NCBI RefSeq assembly: GCF_964355755.1
Contig: NC_092670.1
Location: forward strand, 21,686,795 to 21,750,794
DNA: 64,000 nucleotides
Direction: 5' to 3'
DNA from: Antedon mediterranea
Lineage: Eukaryota; Animalia; Echinodermata
Notes under the pieces: model-generated
Database searches by the model: none
What the model was told of the DNA's origin: nothing
The model's input: the letters and a program-made list of their open reading frames with translations, nothing else
Part shown: positions 26,801 to 36,794 of the stretch, one piece after another
Layout: every line of letters starts with the position of its first letter
Numbering within the stretch: position 1 is the stretch's first letter
Program-made: the position numbers and the translations under genes

Positions 26801-29507
26801 ACCAAATTTCACTATAATATTTAAAATCGTAATTGAGTTACACTCAGATTTAAAAGATGAGGGCTGAGTAAACAGGACCAGCGGTCCTACTCTAACTTAT
26901 ACTGGACGACTAAGGAGATACCCTAGTATAATCCCACCAAGTGACTCCCAGGAGCAATCCGCCATTTTCTCACAAATACAGTATCAAATTTCACTATATA
27001 AAAAATTGTAATTGAGTTACACTCAGATTTAAAAGATGAGGGCTGAGTAAACGGGACCAGCGGTCCTACTCTAACTTATACTGGACGATTAAAGAGGTCC
27101 CCTAGTATAATCCCACCAAGTGACTCCCATGAGCAATCCGCCATTTTCTCACAAATACAGTATCAAATTTCACTATAATATTAAAGATCGTAATTGAGTT
27201 ACACTCAGATTTAAAAGATGAGGGCTGAGTAAACAGGGCCAGCGGTCCTACTCTAACTTATACTGGACGACTAAGGAGGTACCCAAGTATAATCCCACCA
27301 AGTGACTCCCAGGAGCAATCTTCCATTTTCTCACAAATACAGTATCAAATTTCACTATAATATTAAAAATCGTAATTGAATAACACTCAGATTTAAAAGA
27401 TGAGGGCTGAGTAAACAGGACCAGTGGTCCTACTCTAACTTATACTGGACGACTAAGGAGGTACCCTAGTATAATCCCACCAAGTGACTCCCCCCATTTC
27501 TCACAAATACAGTATCAAATTTCACTATAATATTAAAAATCGTAATTGAGTTACACTCAGAATTAAAAGATGAGGGCTGAGTAAACGGGACAAGCGGTCC
27601 TACTACTCTAACTTATACTGGACGATTAAGGAGGTCCCCTAGTATAATCCCACCAAGTGACTCCTAGGAGCAATCCGCCATTTTCTCACAAATACAGTAT
27701 CAAATTTCACTATAATAATAAAGATCGTAATTGAGTTACACTCAGATTTAAAAGATGAGGGCTGAGTAAACAGGGCCAGCGGTCCTGCTCTAACTTATAC
27801 TGGACGACTAAGGAGGTACCCAAGTATAATCCCACCAAGTGACTCCCAGGAGCAATCCGCCATTTTCTCACAAATACAGTATCAAATTTCACTATAATAT
27901 TAAAAATCGTAATTGAGTTACACTCATATTTAAAAGATGAGGGCTGAGTAAACAGGACCAGTGGTCCTACTCTAACTTATACTGGACGACTAAGGAGGTA
28001 CCCTAGTATAATCCCACCAAGTGACTCCCAGGAGCAATCCGCCATTTTCTCACAAATACAGTATCAAATTTCACTATAATATTAAAAAGTCGTAATTGAG
28101 TTACACTCAGATTTAAAAGATGAGGGCTGAGTAAACAAGACCTGCGGTCCTACTCTAACTTATACTGGAAGACTAAGGAGGTACCCATGTATAATCCCAC
28201 CAAGTGACTCCCAGGAGCAATCCTCCATTTTCTCACAAACACAGTATCAAATTTTACTATAATATTAAAAATTGTAATTGAGTTACACTCAGATTTAAAA
28301 GATGAGGGCTGAGTAAACAGGACCAGTGGTCCTACTCTAACTTATACTGGACGACTAAGGAGGTACCCTAGTATAATCCCACCAAGTGACTCCCCCCATT
28401 TCTCACAAATACAGTATCAAATTTCACTATAATATTAAAAATCGTAATTGAGTTACACTCAGATTTAAAAGATGAGGGCTGAGTAAACGGGACAAGCGGT
28501 CCTACTCTAACTTATACTGGACGATTAAGGAGGTCCCCTGCTATAATCCCACCAAGTGACTCCTAGGAGCAATCCGCCATTTTCTCACAAATACAGTATC
28601 AAATTTCACTATAATATTAAAGATCGTAATTGAGTTACACTCACATTTAAAAGATGAGGGCTGAGTAAACAGGGCCAGCGGTCCTACTCTAACTTATACT
28701 GGACGACTAAGGAGGTACCCAAGTATAATCCCACCAAGTCACTCCGATCCCAGGAGCAATCCGCCATTTTCTCACAAATACAGTATCAAATTTCACTATA
28801 ATATTAAAAATCGTAATTGAGTTACACTCAGATTTAAAAGATGAGGGCTGAGTACAGGACCAGTGGTCCTACTCTAACTTATACTGGACGACTAAGGAGG
28901 TACCCTAGTATAATCCCACCAAGTGATTCCCAGGAGCAATCCGCCATTTTCTCACAAATACAGTATCAAATTTCACTATAATATTAAAAAGTCGTAATTG
29001 AGTTACACTCAGATTTAAAAGATGAGGGCTGAGTAAACAAGACCTGCGGTCCTACTCTAACTTATACTGGACGACTAAGGAGGTACCCTAGTATAATCCC
29101 ACCGAGTGACTTCCAGGAGCAATCCGCCGTTTTCTCACAAATACAGTACCAAATTTCACTATAATATTTAAAATCGTAATTGAGTTACACTCAGATTTAA
29201 AAAGATGAGGGCTGAGTAAACAGGACCAGCGGTCCTACTCTAACTATACTGGACGACTAAGGAGGTACCCTAGTATAATCCAACCAAGTGACTCACAGGA
29301 GCAATCCGCCATTTTCTCACAAATACAGTATCAAATTTTACTATAATATTAAAAATCGTAATTGAGTTACACTCAGATTTAAAAGATGAGGGCTGAGTAA
29401 ACAGGACCAGCGGTCCTACTCTAACTTATACTGGACGACCAAAGAGGTACCTTAGTATAATCCCACCAAGTGACTCCCAGGAGCAATCCGCCATTTTCTC
29501 ACAAATA
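23871..29507 (-). repeat. Satellite array, right arm: ~31 copies of the same monomer, inverted
   Basis: Reverse complement of the left-arm monomer (GGAGCAATCCGCCATTTTCTCACAAATACAGTATC...), with more small indels than the left arm. Confidence 0.97.
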
Positions 29508-29664
29508 TTGAATTTCTAATACTGTAAAAACCTTAAGCAATACTGAAAATGTGAAAAATACACAAACGGCGTTTCATACTTATTGTCGGCTGGAAAAAAT
29601 AAAAGTGGGCTGGCTTATTGTCGGCTGGCTTATTGTCGGCTAGCTTGACACAAGCTGTGGATTG

Positions 29665-29860
29665 TTTGCTGCTAGTAAAAACAAAATAGCGCCACCAATT
29701 CATTGCACAACCACTGTGTGCACCACGTGTGCACCCACGGTGGCACCACACACCGTTGTACTGTAGCGCATGGCCCACACGCATCGGCTTCACACACAAA
29801 AAAGAACGGATGATTTCATTAATCAATGAACCTGGCGAACGACGATCGGTCAAGTGTGTT
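29665..29860 (-). promoter_or_regulatory. Probable native NOL11 upstream/promoter sequence, displaced by the foldback insertion
   Basis: Contiguous with the NOL11 ATG once the element and one TSD are removed. CpG-rich; has the E-box CACGTG at 29724-29729 (Myc/Max-type, common at ribosome-biogenesis genes) and a CTCF-like TAGCGCCACC near 29687. Confidence 0.5.
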
Positions 29861-30095
29861 TTTATCCAACCTAAGAATTTTTAAGCATGTATTAATGATT
29901 AAAAATGTCTTTCTGAAATAATAATTATGTTCACTTTTTTTGTTGTTCTTTGTCGATGGTCTCCGATATCCTAGCTGTATCTTCTCTGCTCCCCCATACC
30001 ACGTGTCACAAGCGCAATCCGCTTCCTTTTATTTTATTAGACCCAGCTAGCCAGATAAGAAAGAGGCATGCAATTTCTTTTTGTACGATTAAAGC

Positions 30096-30392
30096 AATAA
30101 TAATAATACCACATTTATATAGCGCCCTTTTCATGAGTAATCATGCTCAAAGGCGCTTTACAAGCATTATTACCCCAGTATTTTTTGGGATCAAACACGT
30201 ATGGAAACATACTCCCATAATGCAGCCGGTAACCAGCGCAAAGTTGATCTAACTGGGTACCCATTTATACACCTGGGTGGAGAGAGGCAACGTAAGTAAA
30301 GTATCTTGCCTACAAGCAATGCGCCGAGAGTTGGATTGAACCTAGGTCTGACGATCGGTAGTCCAACGTCCAACACACTGCACCACACGCCC
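30096..30392 (-). mobile_element. tRNA-derived SINE with CORE-like domain and L2-type tail
   Basis: Minus strand: A-box TGGTGCAGTGTG, B-box GGTTCAATCC, GGCAAGATACTTTAC..TGCCTCTCTCCACCCAGGTGTATAAATGGGTACC, and tail GTAAAGCGCCTTTGAG..GGCGCTATATAAAT(TAT)n. Confidence 0.75.
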
Positions 30393-30529
30393 TTGGAATT
30401 AAACCGACTACAGGCCACGTCTAGTACTAGCTAGACTCAGAGTACGAACCTATAAGCACAGGGAGGTAAGTAAGAAGAGAGAAAAAAAGAATATTTACTG
30501 TCTTATTGAAAAACTAGATGTGCCGGGCC

Positions 30530-31747
30530 GCGATTTTTTTTTTTCGTACATAAGTTGGGGACCCCCTCATGAAACGTCACAAAATAAACATGAATAATTC
30601 ATCAATTAAATTTTCTTGTTCCGTGTGCACCCAAGCGTATAGCAACAAGAAGTGATTACACAAGTGCGGTACGATTCTAGGCCTATCTCCGCTGTTGAAG
30701 AATAGCGGCGTTTTGTGTGGATTGTCGAAATAATCGGCCTTTAGTTTATGGTGTTTTTAATATAATTTATTACTAAAGAATTACGTGTTAAAATTATAGT
30801 TTCTATTAATACTATTAGGCCTAATTATTAGTCTCTAAACCCATGTCTATTCTAGTAGTAGCTGTGTGGATGTGTGTGACGTGTGTGTGTGTTAGGTATG
30901 ACCAAAGATAGTTACACTATCTTTGGTAATAGTCACACTATCTTTGGTATGACACAATCCGAGTAATAAGTCTGCAAAATTAAACAATAAACATTACACA
31001 AAAATACATTTTTTATTCTCGTGGGTCAAATCTTCCCATCTCATGTGTTCATATACGCGCATTTTTAAAGTTCCTTTGAGTACATTGCATATTGTTTGAT
31101 AATTGATAGCAGAATTTAAAAAATACAGTACACAAATTATACACATTCTTTATTCTTGTGGGTCTAAGCTTTCTTTGGGCTATGTCCAAGAACGCTTGGG
31201 TGCACACGGAACAACAACTGCGATACGATTCTTTCTACAATAATAGGCCTAGGATTCTAGGTCAATTCACGTGATTGCCTTCGCGCACTCTTCTTCACAC
31301 ACACGTCCACTATGCAAAATGTGTCGAGGCTAATCGACAGCTAGGCAAAACATTAAACTAAGTAGTAATTGGACATAGCCCAAAGACACAAGTCACACAC
31401 ACCCACACAGCTACTACTAGAATATACAGGGGTTTAGAGACTAGTAATTAGGCCTAATAGTATCAATAGAAACTATAATTTTAATTCGTAATTCTTTAGT
31501 AATAAACTATATTAAAAACACCATAAACTAAAGGCTGATTATTTCGACAATCCACACAAAACTCCGCTATTCTATTATGAAATCAGCGGAGATAGGCCTA
31601 GAATCGTACCGCACTTGTGTAATCACTTCTTGTTGCTATACGCTTGGGTGCACACGGAACAAGAAAATTTAACTGATGAATTATTCATGTTTATTTTGTG
31701 ACGTTTCATGATGGGGTCCCCAACTTATGTACGAAAAAAAAAATCGC
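30530..31747. mobile_element. Non-autonomous long-TIR (MULE-like) element, 1218 bp, 9-bp TSD TGCCGGGCC
   Basis: TSD 30521-30529 / 31748-31756; ~360-bp TIRs GCGATTTTTTTTTTCGTACATAAGTTGGGGACCCC.. / ..GGGGTCCCCAACTTATGTACGAAAAAAAAAATCGC. Confidence 0.92.
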
Positions 31748-32504
31748 TGCCGGGCCGTCTAGCTAGGGCCAGGCCTAATGAATGTAGCCTCTAAATAGCT
31801 TTTAATCGCTTCCTTAAATTGGCTCCCCCCTCCTCCCTAATCCAAACTAGGCCTAGAGTAGAGTATATCACCAGTACCACCTCCTGTGGAGAGGTTGGCC
31901 TTAAATTACTAAACCTTTAAAATAAACAATTTTATTAAATTTCGAAAATGAAAAGTTTTATGCATAACTTGCATTCAATATATAATATGATTCTATGAAT
32001 AATTCATGATTTAAAATCCTGGCGGAATCATTCAACCGGAGCGACACATGTACTGTACTGTCTCGGTGTTGTGTGCGTGTTTTGTGCTGTTTTACTACTG
32101 TTGCTATACTGAAATAATATATGAAAAAAGAGGTAAATTTTTGGAATTCATTTACTAGATGGGATATAGGAATATCATAAAATAATTTCGTACCTACTAC
32201 TACTAGCCTACTACCTCTAGACACCACTTATACGTGATTAAATTAAAACTTAGCTAGCTAGCCTAGGCCTACCTTTTTAGGCCTAGCTAGGCCAAGATGA
32301 GAATACTCAATAGGCCTAGTCAGAATTGTCTTCACGGATACTATTACTGGTAGGAACCGGTTTACTGTCACAATCATGGGAATGTTTGTGTAGCACTAGG
32401 CTATAGGAGGCTTAGGCTAGAATCATTCCAAAGGCCTACGCAGTTATTTATTTAGTTAGAGTAGAGGTCTAATTCTTGATTCTGTTTATTCAATTATTTT
32501 AATA

Positions 32505-33509
32505 CGCTGTGGCTAAAGATACGGTACCGTATCCTAACTTCATTTTGCTAAAGGTACGGTAAAATTGAATTACGTCATAATCAGCCAATGGGGTGCTGGT
32601 ACGTGTGTGACGTCATCGTATAAGGACTTGGGATTTTTTTCACATCGCGAAAACAGTGATCAACCGGCAGCTTAACATTTTCTTTATGCTTCATTTATCG
32701 CTAATATCCCAGACGTGTGACAAAAACTAAATGTAGCCTAGGCCTACGTCTGTTATTATTGATAGGCCAAAACATGTTGATTTTAATTCTAGAATACAGA
32801 AATTTACCGTTTCAAAAGAGGCCTACTACATACTAATAACCATGGCTGCTATCACCTATAGCCTCGGTATATGAGTTTGTTTGCCAGGCTGGGGCCAGCT
32901 GCATGTGTGCGCTGATTTCTGTAACTAAAACCTGAGGCTAGGTCTATTGTCTAAATCATAGTATTTGAGGACGTTTATTAAAAAATATAGGCCTAAATAG
33001 GAATAAAAATAAAACCGTCATCGTAACCATGGACGAATGAACTAGACGCAATCAATATATATTTGACGCAACACAATTTCCAACATTGAATTATAATTCC
33101 TTTACTTCTAATTTGGCTATCAACATATTTCAACTGTAGTGTAGTGTATAATGTTGTATAATGAAATAATATTTCAGATTGAGAGTGCATGTTTTAAATT
33201 AAACGCTTTATGTAACGTCCACCAATCACATGAACTTGCTCTGTTACTACAGCATCGACGATTCTGGATTCAACATTGCTAGGTCTACCCCCGAGGCTGA
33301 GTCACAGAATCATCAGCGAACACATTCATGCAGCCTGGCGCCGTCAATAGGCATTCTCTACAGACGCGATGTGAAAAAAAAAAACAAAGTCCTTATACGA
33401 TGACATCACACACGTACCAGCACCCCTGGCTGATTATGACGTAATGCAATTTTACCGTACCTTTAGTAGACGGAAGTTATGATACGGTACCGTATCTTTA
33501 GCCACGGCG
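32505..33509. mobile_element. Non-autonomous TIR (MULE-like) element, 1005 bp, 9-bp TSD ATTTTAATA
   Basis: TSD 32496-32504 / 33510-33518; ~145-bp TIRs CGCTGTGGCTAAAGATACGGTACCGTATC.. / ..GATACGGTACCGTATCTTTAGCCACGGCG. Confidence 0.9.
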
Positions 33510-33577
33510 ATTTTAATATCAATATGAATGAATTATGTATTTTAAATCAATTTTTTTGTACCACCACCAGCATAAAA

Positions 33578-36500
33578 ATGTCATTGAGCACTGTCTTGCA
33601 GCAATCTAGTCGGCATGTTCTGCGACAATTTGTAAAATCAAAAAAGTTTACACAAGTTTCTTACAGGTAAAATTTTAAAAATATGAACATATTGACAAAA
33701 TGATGTTATAATTTATTGTACTGATAGATGTAAAATAATAATATCTCTTTTTGTTTACAGATCTTGTCTTTTGCACACTTCAACTACTCAGCAAATATCT
33801 TTTAATGTACAAGATGAGGAGGATTTTAAAGCAAGAGTGTTGGAAAGCAACAAACCAGTACTAGTTGATTTTCATGCAAAGTAAGGCTTTTAGAGTGGGG
33901 TGGAGTAAGATTCACATTAAGTAGTAAAGTAATACTTTATTTCAAATAAAAACATAAGAATGTAACAAACATTCCTCAGCATATGCAGAGCAAAACAAGA
34001 CAACAAATACAAAACACTTAAAATAAGAAGTAAAAATACATCCAAAAGGCATAACATTCAGATTGTTATAAAAATGTACAGTTAGAAATTACATTTTTAG
34101 GGAACAGTTTTCCCATTGTCGGTTTAAATAAATGGAACAGGGGGAAATATTTTTTTTCCTATGTAATTAAGGCAGAAATCATAAATAATTCATTACCTTA
34201 ATTATTTTCTATTATAAAGAATTGCAGGTTCTAGGACACCTACCCCCTAGACAGTTACCCCCCAGATGTTTACCACCCGGACAACTACCCCCTTAGGACA
34301 ACTACCCCCTTAGGACAACTACCCCCTTAGGACAACAACCCCCTTAGGATAACAACCCCCCGGACAACTACCCCCCGGACAACCACCCCCTTAGGACAAC
34401 TACCCCCTTAGGACAACTACCCCCCCCCCCCCACAATCTAAAAGTAGACAAATATATAGGACCGGTTTCTGTAAAAATGAAATCATCTGTTTTTAACGGG
34501 TGTTTCGAAACTAGAGACCCGAGACCAGAGACCTGACACGAGACCCAATACGAAAAGGGAGACCTATATTTGGGTCTCCCTTTTCGTATATTAGGGTCTC
34601 CCTTTTCGTATAGTGTGGTCTCTTTTTTCGTATATTTGGGTCTCCCATTTCGTATATTTGGGTCTCCCTTTTCGTATATTTGGTCTTCCTTTTCGTATAT
34701 TTAGGTCTCCCTTTTCGTATATTAGGGTCTCCCTTTTCGTATAGTGGGGTCTCCCTTTTCGTATAGTGGGGTCTCCCTTTTCGTACGTGGGTCTCCCTTT
34801 TCGTATATTTAGGTCTCCCTTTTCGTATTGGGTCTCGGGTCTCATGGTCTCTGGTCTCGGGTCTCTAGTTTCGAAACACCCGTTTTTAACCGATTATTCT
34901 GTTTAACAGCACGCTAGGCCCTAGATGTGCTAGATTTAAAGTACCGTATTTATTGAAAAAAACGGCCTGGGCTGTTTATTGTTTAGGTGGTTTTTAGGTG
35001 GACATTTATTGGAAGAAAGTTGTTTATTCAATGGGAGGGGGTATAATCTAATGGAAATAGACGCCGATTATTCCATATGATGTGTCATGAGAGTGACATG
35101 TTCACCGTTTATTTGAGGGGAATTTATTTAAAGATCGCCGTTTATTCGGTGAGTGAACATTAAGGTCAAATATCAAAAGTGATATTATTCTTCAAGTGTA
35201 CAAAAATACAAATGACAAATTTGAGACAAAAATTAATTCTTTTAAGACCAGTGGTTATCGAAGCATTGTCCTGACGCAAAAATTATTATTATTATTAGCG
35301 AACCCAGTCTTTACAGTAAATACAGGGAGTACTATATAATACGTTCGACTATCCTATGATCATGTGTGACAATCTTCAGTTTATACCAGGCTATATTTAT
35401 GTTCAATCTTTTTCTTTTGTTTACAATAATGAATAGTAATTCGTCAAAGTAACGAATTAAAATATAGTTATTAATTCCTATTATACGCTGTTGCAGAGTC
35501 AGGTTGTTGAATGGTCTGGGTGGTAGTTGTCCGTCCGGGGGGTAGTTGTTCTAAAGGGATAGTTTTCTGGGTGGTAGTTGTCCAGGGGTTAGTTGTCCTA
35601 CGGAGTTAGTTGCCCTCGGAGTATTGTCCAGGTCCAGGAGGTAGTTGTCCTACGGGACGGGGAGTATTGTGTCAGAGGCAGTTGTCCGCGGGGTAATTAC
35701 CCGGGGGGGGGGGGGGGGGTAATTGTCAAGGGGTAATTGTTCCTAGGGGGTAGTTGTCCAGGGGTTAGTTGTCCTATGGAGGTAGTTGTCCTAAAAGATT
35801 ATTTGCCCTCGGAGTATGGTCCAGGAAGTAGTTGTCCTACGGGGAGTATTGTGTCAGAGGTAGTTGTCCGCGGGGTAATTACCCGGGGAGGAGGGGGTAA
35901 TTGTCCGGGGGGTAATTGTTCCTAGGGGTAATTGTCCGGGGGGTAGTTGTCCCTAGGGGTAATTGTCCCGGGGATAGTTGTCCTAAGGGGGTAGTTGTCC
36001 TAAGGGGGTAGTTGTCCTAAGGGGGTAGTTGTCCGGGGGTAGTTGTCCTAAAGGGGTAGTTGTCCTAAAGGGGTAGTTGTCCTAAGGAGGTAGTGGTCCA
36101 GGTGGTGGTTGTCCGGGGGGTAGTTTTCCGGGGGGTAAATGTCCAGGGGGTGAATATCCGGATACGAGAATTGCAAGATAGCTGATCTACTTCCTAAACC
36201 TAACCCTCTAAATAATCTCTCAACTATTAAAAAAAAACATGTTCTTGAAAGACCTCGAACCGAGGGCGCCGGTGTAATAGGTTAAAGCCCTTACCAATAG
36301 ACCGGGCAATAGACCAAACATTTTGGTTGGCAAACGCTGTTTACACAAATTATTTAATCTCTCTGCATGCTTATATAGCGCCCTCTATAATGTCCCATAT
36401 TACATCATAATTATTCTAATAAATTATTAATTAATTGCCTAAATTCCATAGGAAAAAAATAATGCGAACTTGGGGTGCTTTTTTTTCTTGCCAAAATATA

Positions 36501-36794
36501 AATATTTCACATTTACTACAGTATTTCTATATTGATGTATACTCATCCAATTTATCTTTCAGTTGGTGTGGTCCATGTAAACTGCTTGGTCCTAGATTGG
36601 AAGAGGTAGTGTCAAAGTCAAATGACAAGGTCGACCTGGCTAAAGTAGATATTGACAAACTGGTGGACCTTGCAATGCATTACAGTGTATCATCTGTTCC
36701 TACGGTGATTGTAATTAAAGACGGGGTCAAAGTTGATCAGTTTATTGGATTACAAGATGCAGAAGTTATAGAGGATATGATCGAAAAAGTCTAA
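33578..36794 (+). CDS. TXN2: Mitochondrial thioredoxin, 146 aa; join(33578..33666,33761..33880,36563..36794)
   Basis: Basic, Ser-rich transit-like N-terminus, then [57 protein letters not shown]. WCGPC active site; the GPRLE context is typical of TXN2. An acceptor at 33570 implies an upstream non-coding exon. Confidence 0.93.
34227..36166. mobile_element. Foldback element with GGACAACTACCCCC(TTA) 14-17-bp subterminal arrays, 1940 bp, 9-bp TSD AGAATTGCA
   Basis: TSD 34218-34226 / 36167-36175; C-rich array at 34227-34432 and inverted G-rich array at 35515-36166. Confidence 0.85.
34498..34881. mobile_element. Nested mini-foldback MITE, 384 bp, 9-bp TSD GTTTTTAAC
   Basis: TSD 34489-34497 / 34882-34890; TIR GGGTGTTTCGAAACTAGAGACCCGAGACCAGAGACC; internal ~21-bp GGTCTCCCTTTTCGTATA repeats, amplified on one arm only. 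Confidence 0.92.

Larger units (their letters stand above)
16903..29655. mobile_element. Giant non-autonomous foldback (FB/MULE-like) transposon, 12,753 bp, 9-bp TSD TGTGGATTG
   Basis: TSD at 16894-16902 and 29656-29664. Ends GCTTGTGTCAAG..CTTGACACAAGC. The 148-bp outer domains (16903-17050 / 29508-29655) are reverse complements with 2 mismatches seen. The interior is entirely inverted satellite arrays; no transposase ORF. Confidence 0.95.
34148..36461. mobile_element. Outer TIR element in TXN2 intron 2 (host of two nested insertions)
   Basis: TATTTTTTTTCCTATGTAATTAAGGCA at 34148 is the inverted counterpart of TGCCTAAATTCCATAGGAAAAAAATA ending at 36461. TSD unclear (possibly TA). Confidence 0.5.

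Noticed and set aside
17051-29507. CRISPR-like array or repeated small genes (MADCSWESLGG.. ORFs)
   Set aside because: There are no unique spacers; whole monomers are near-identical. The ORFs arise only where point variants remove a stop, and the context is eukaryotic.
30714-30724. TGTGTGGATTG in the second element's TIR equals the giant element's target site
   Set aside because: An 11-bp match with no flanking similarity; most likely chance.
34591-35925. Lys/Arg-rich and Gly/Cys-rich ORFs in TXN2 intron 2
   Set aside because: Translations of foldback subterminal repeats.
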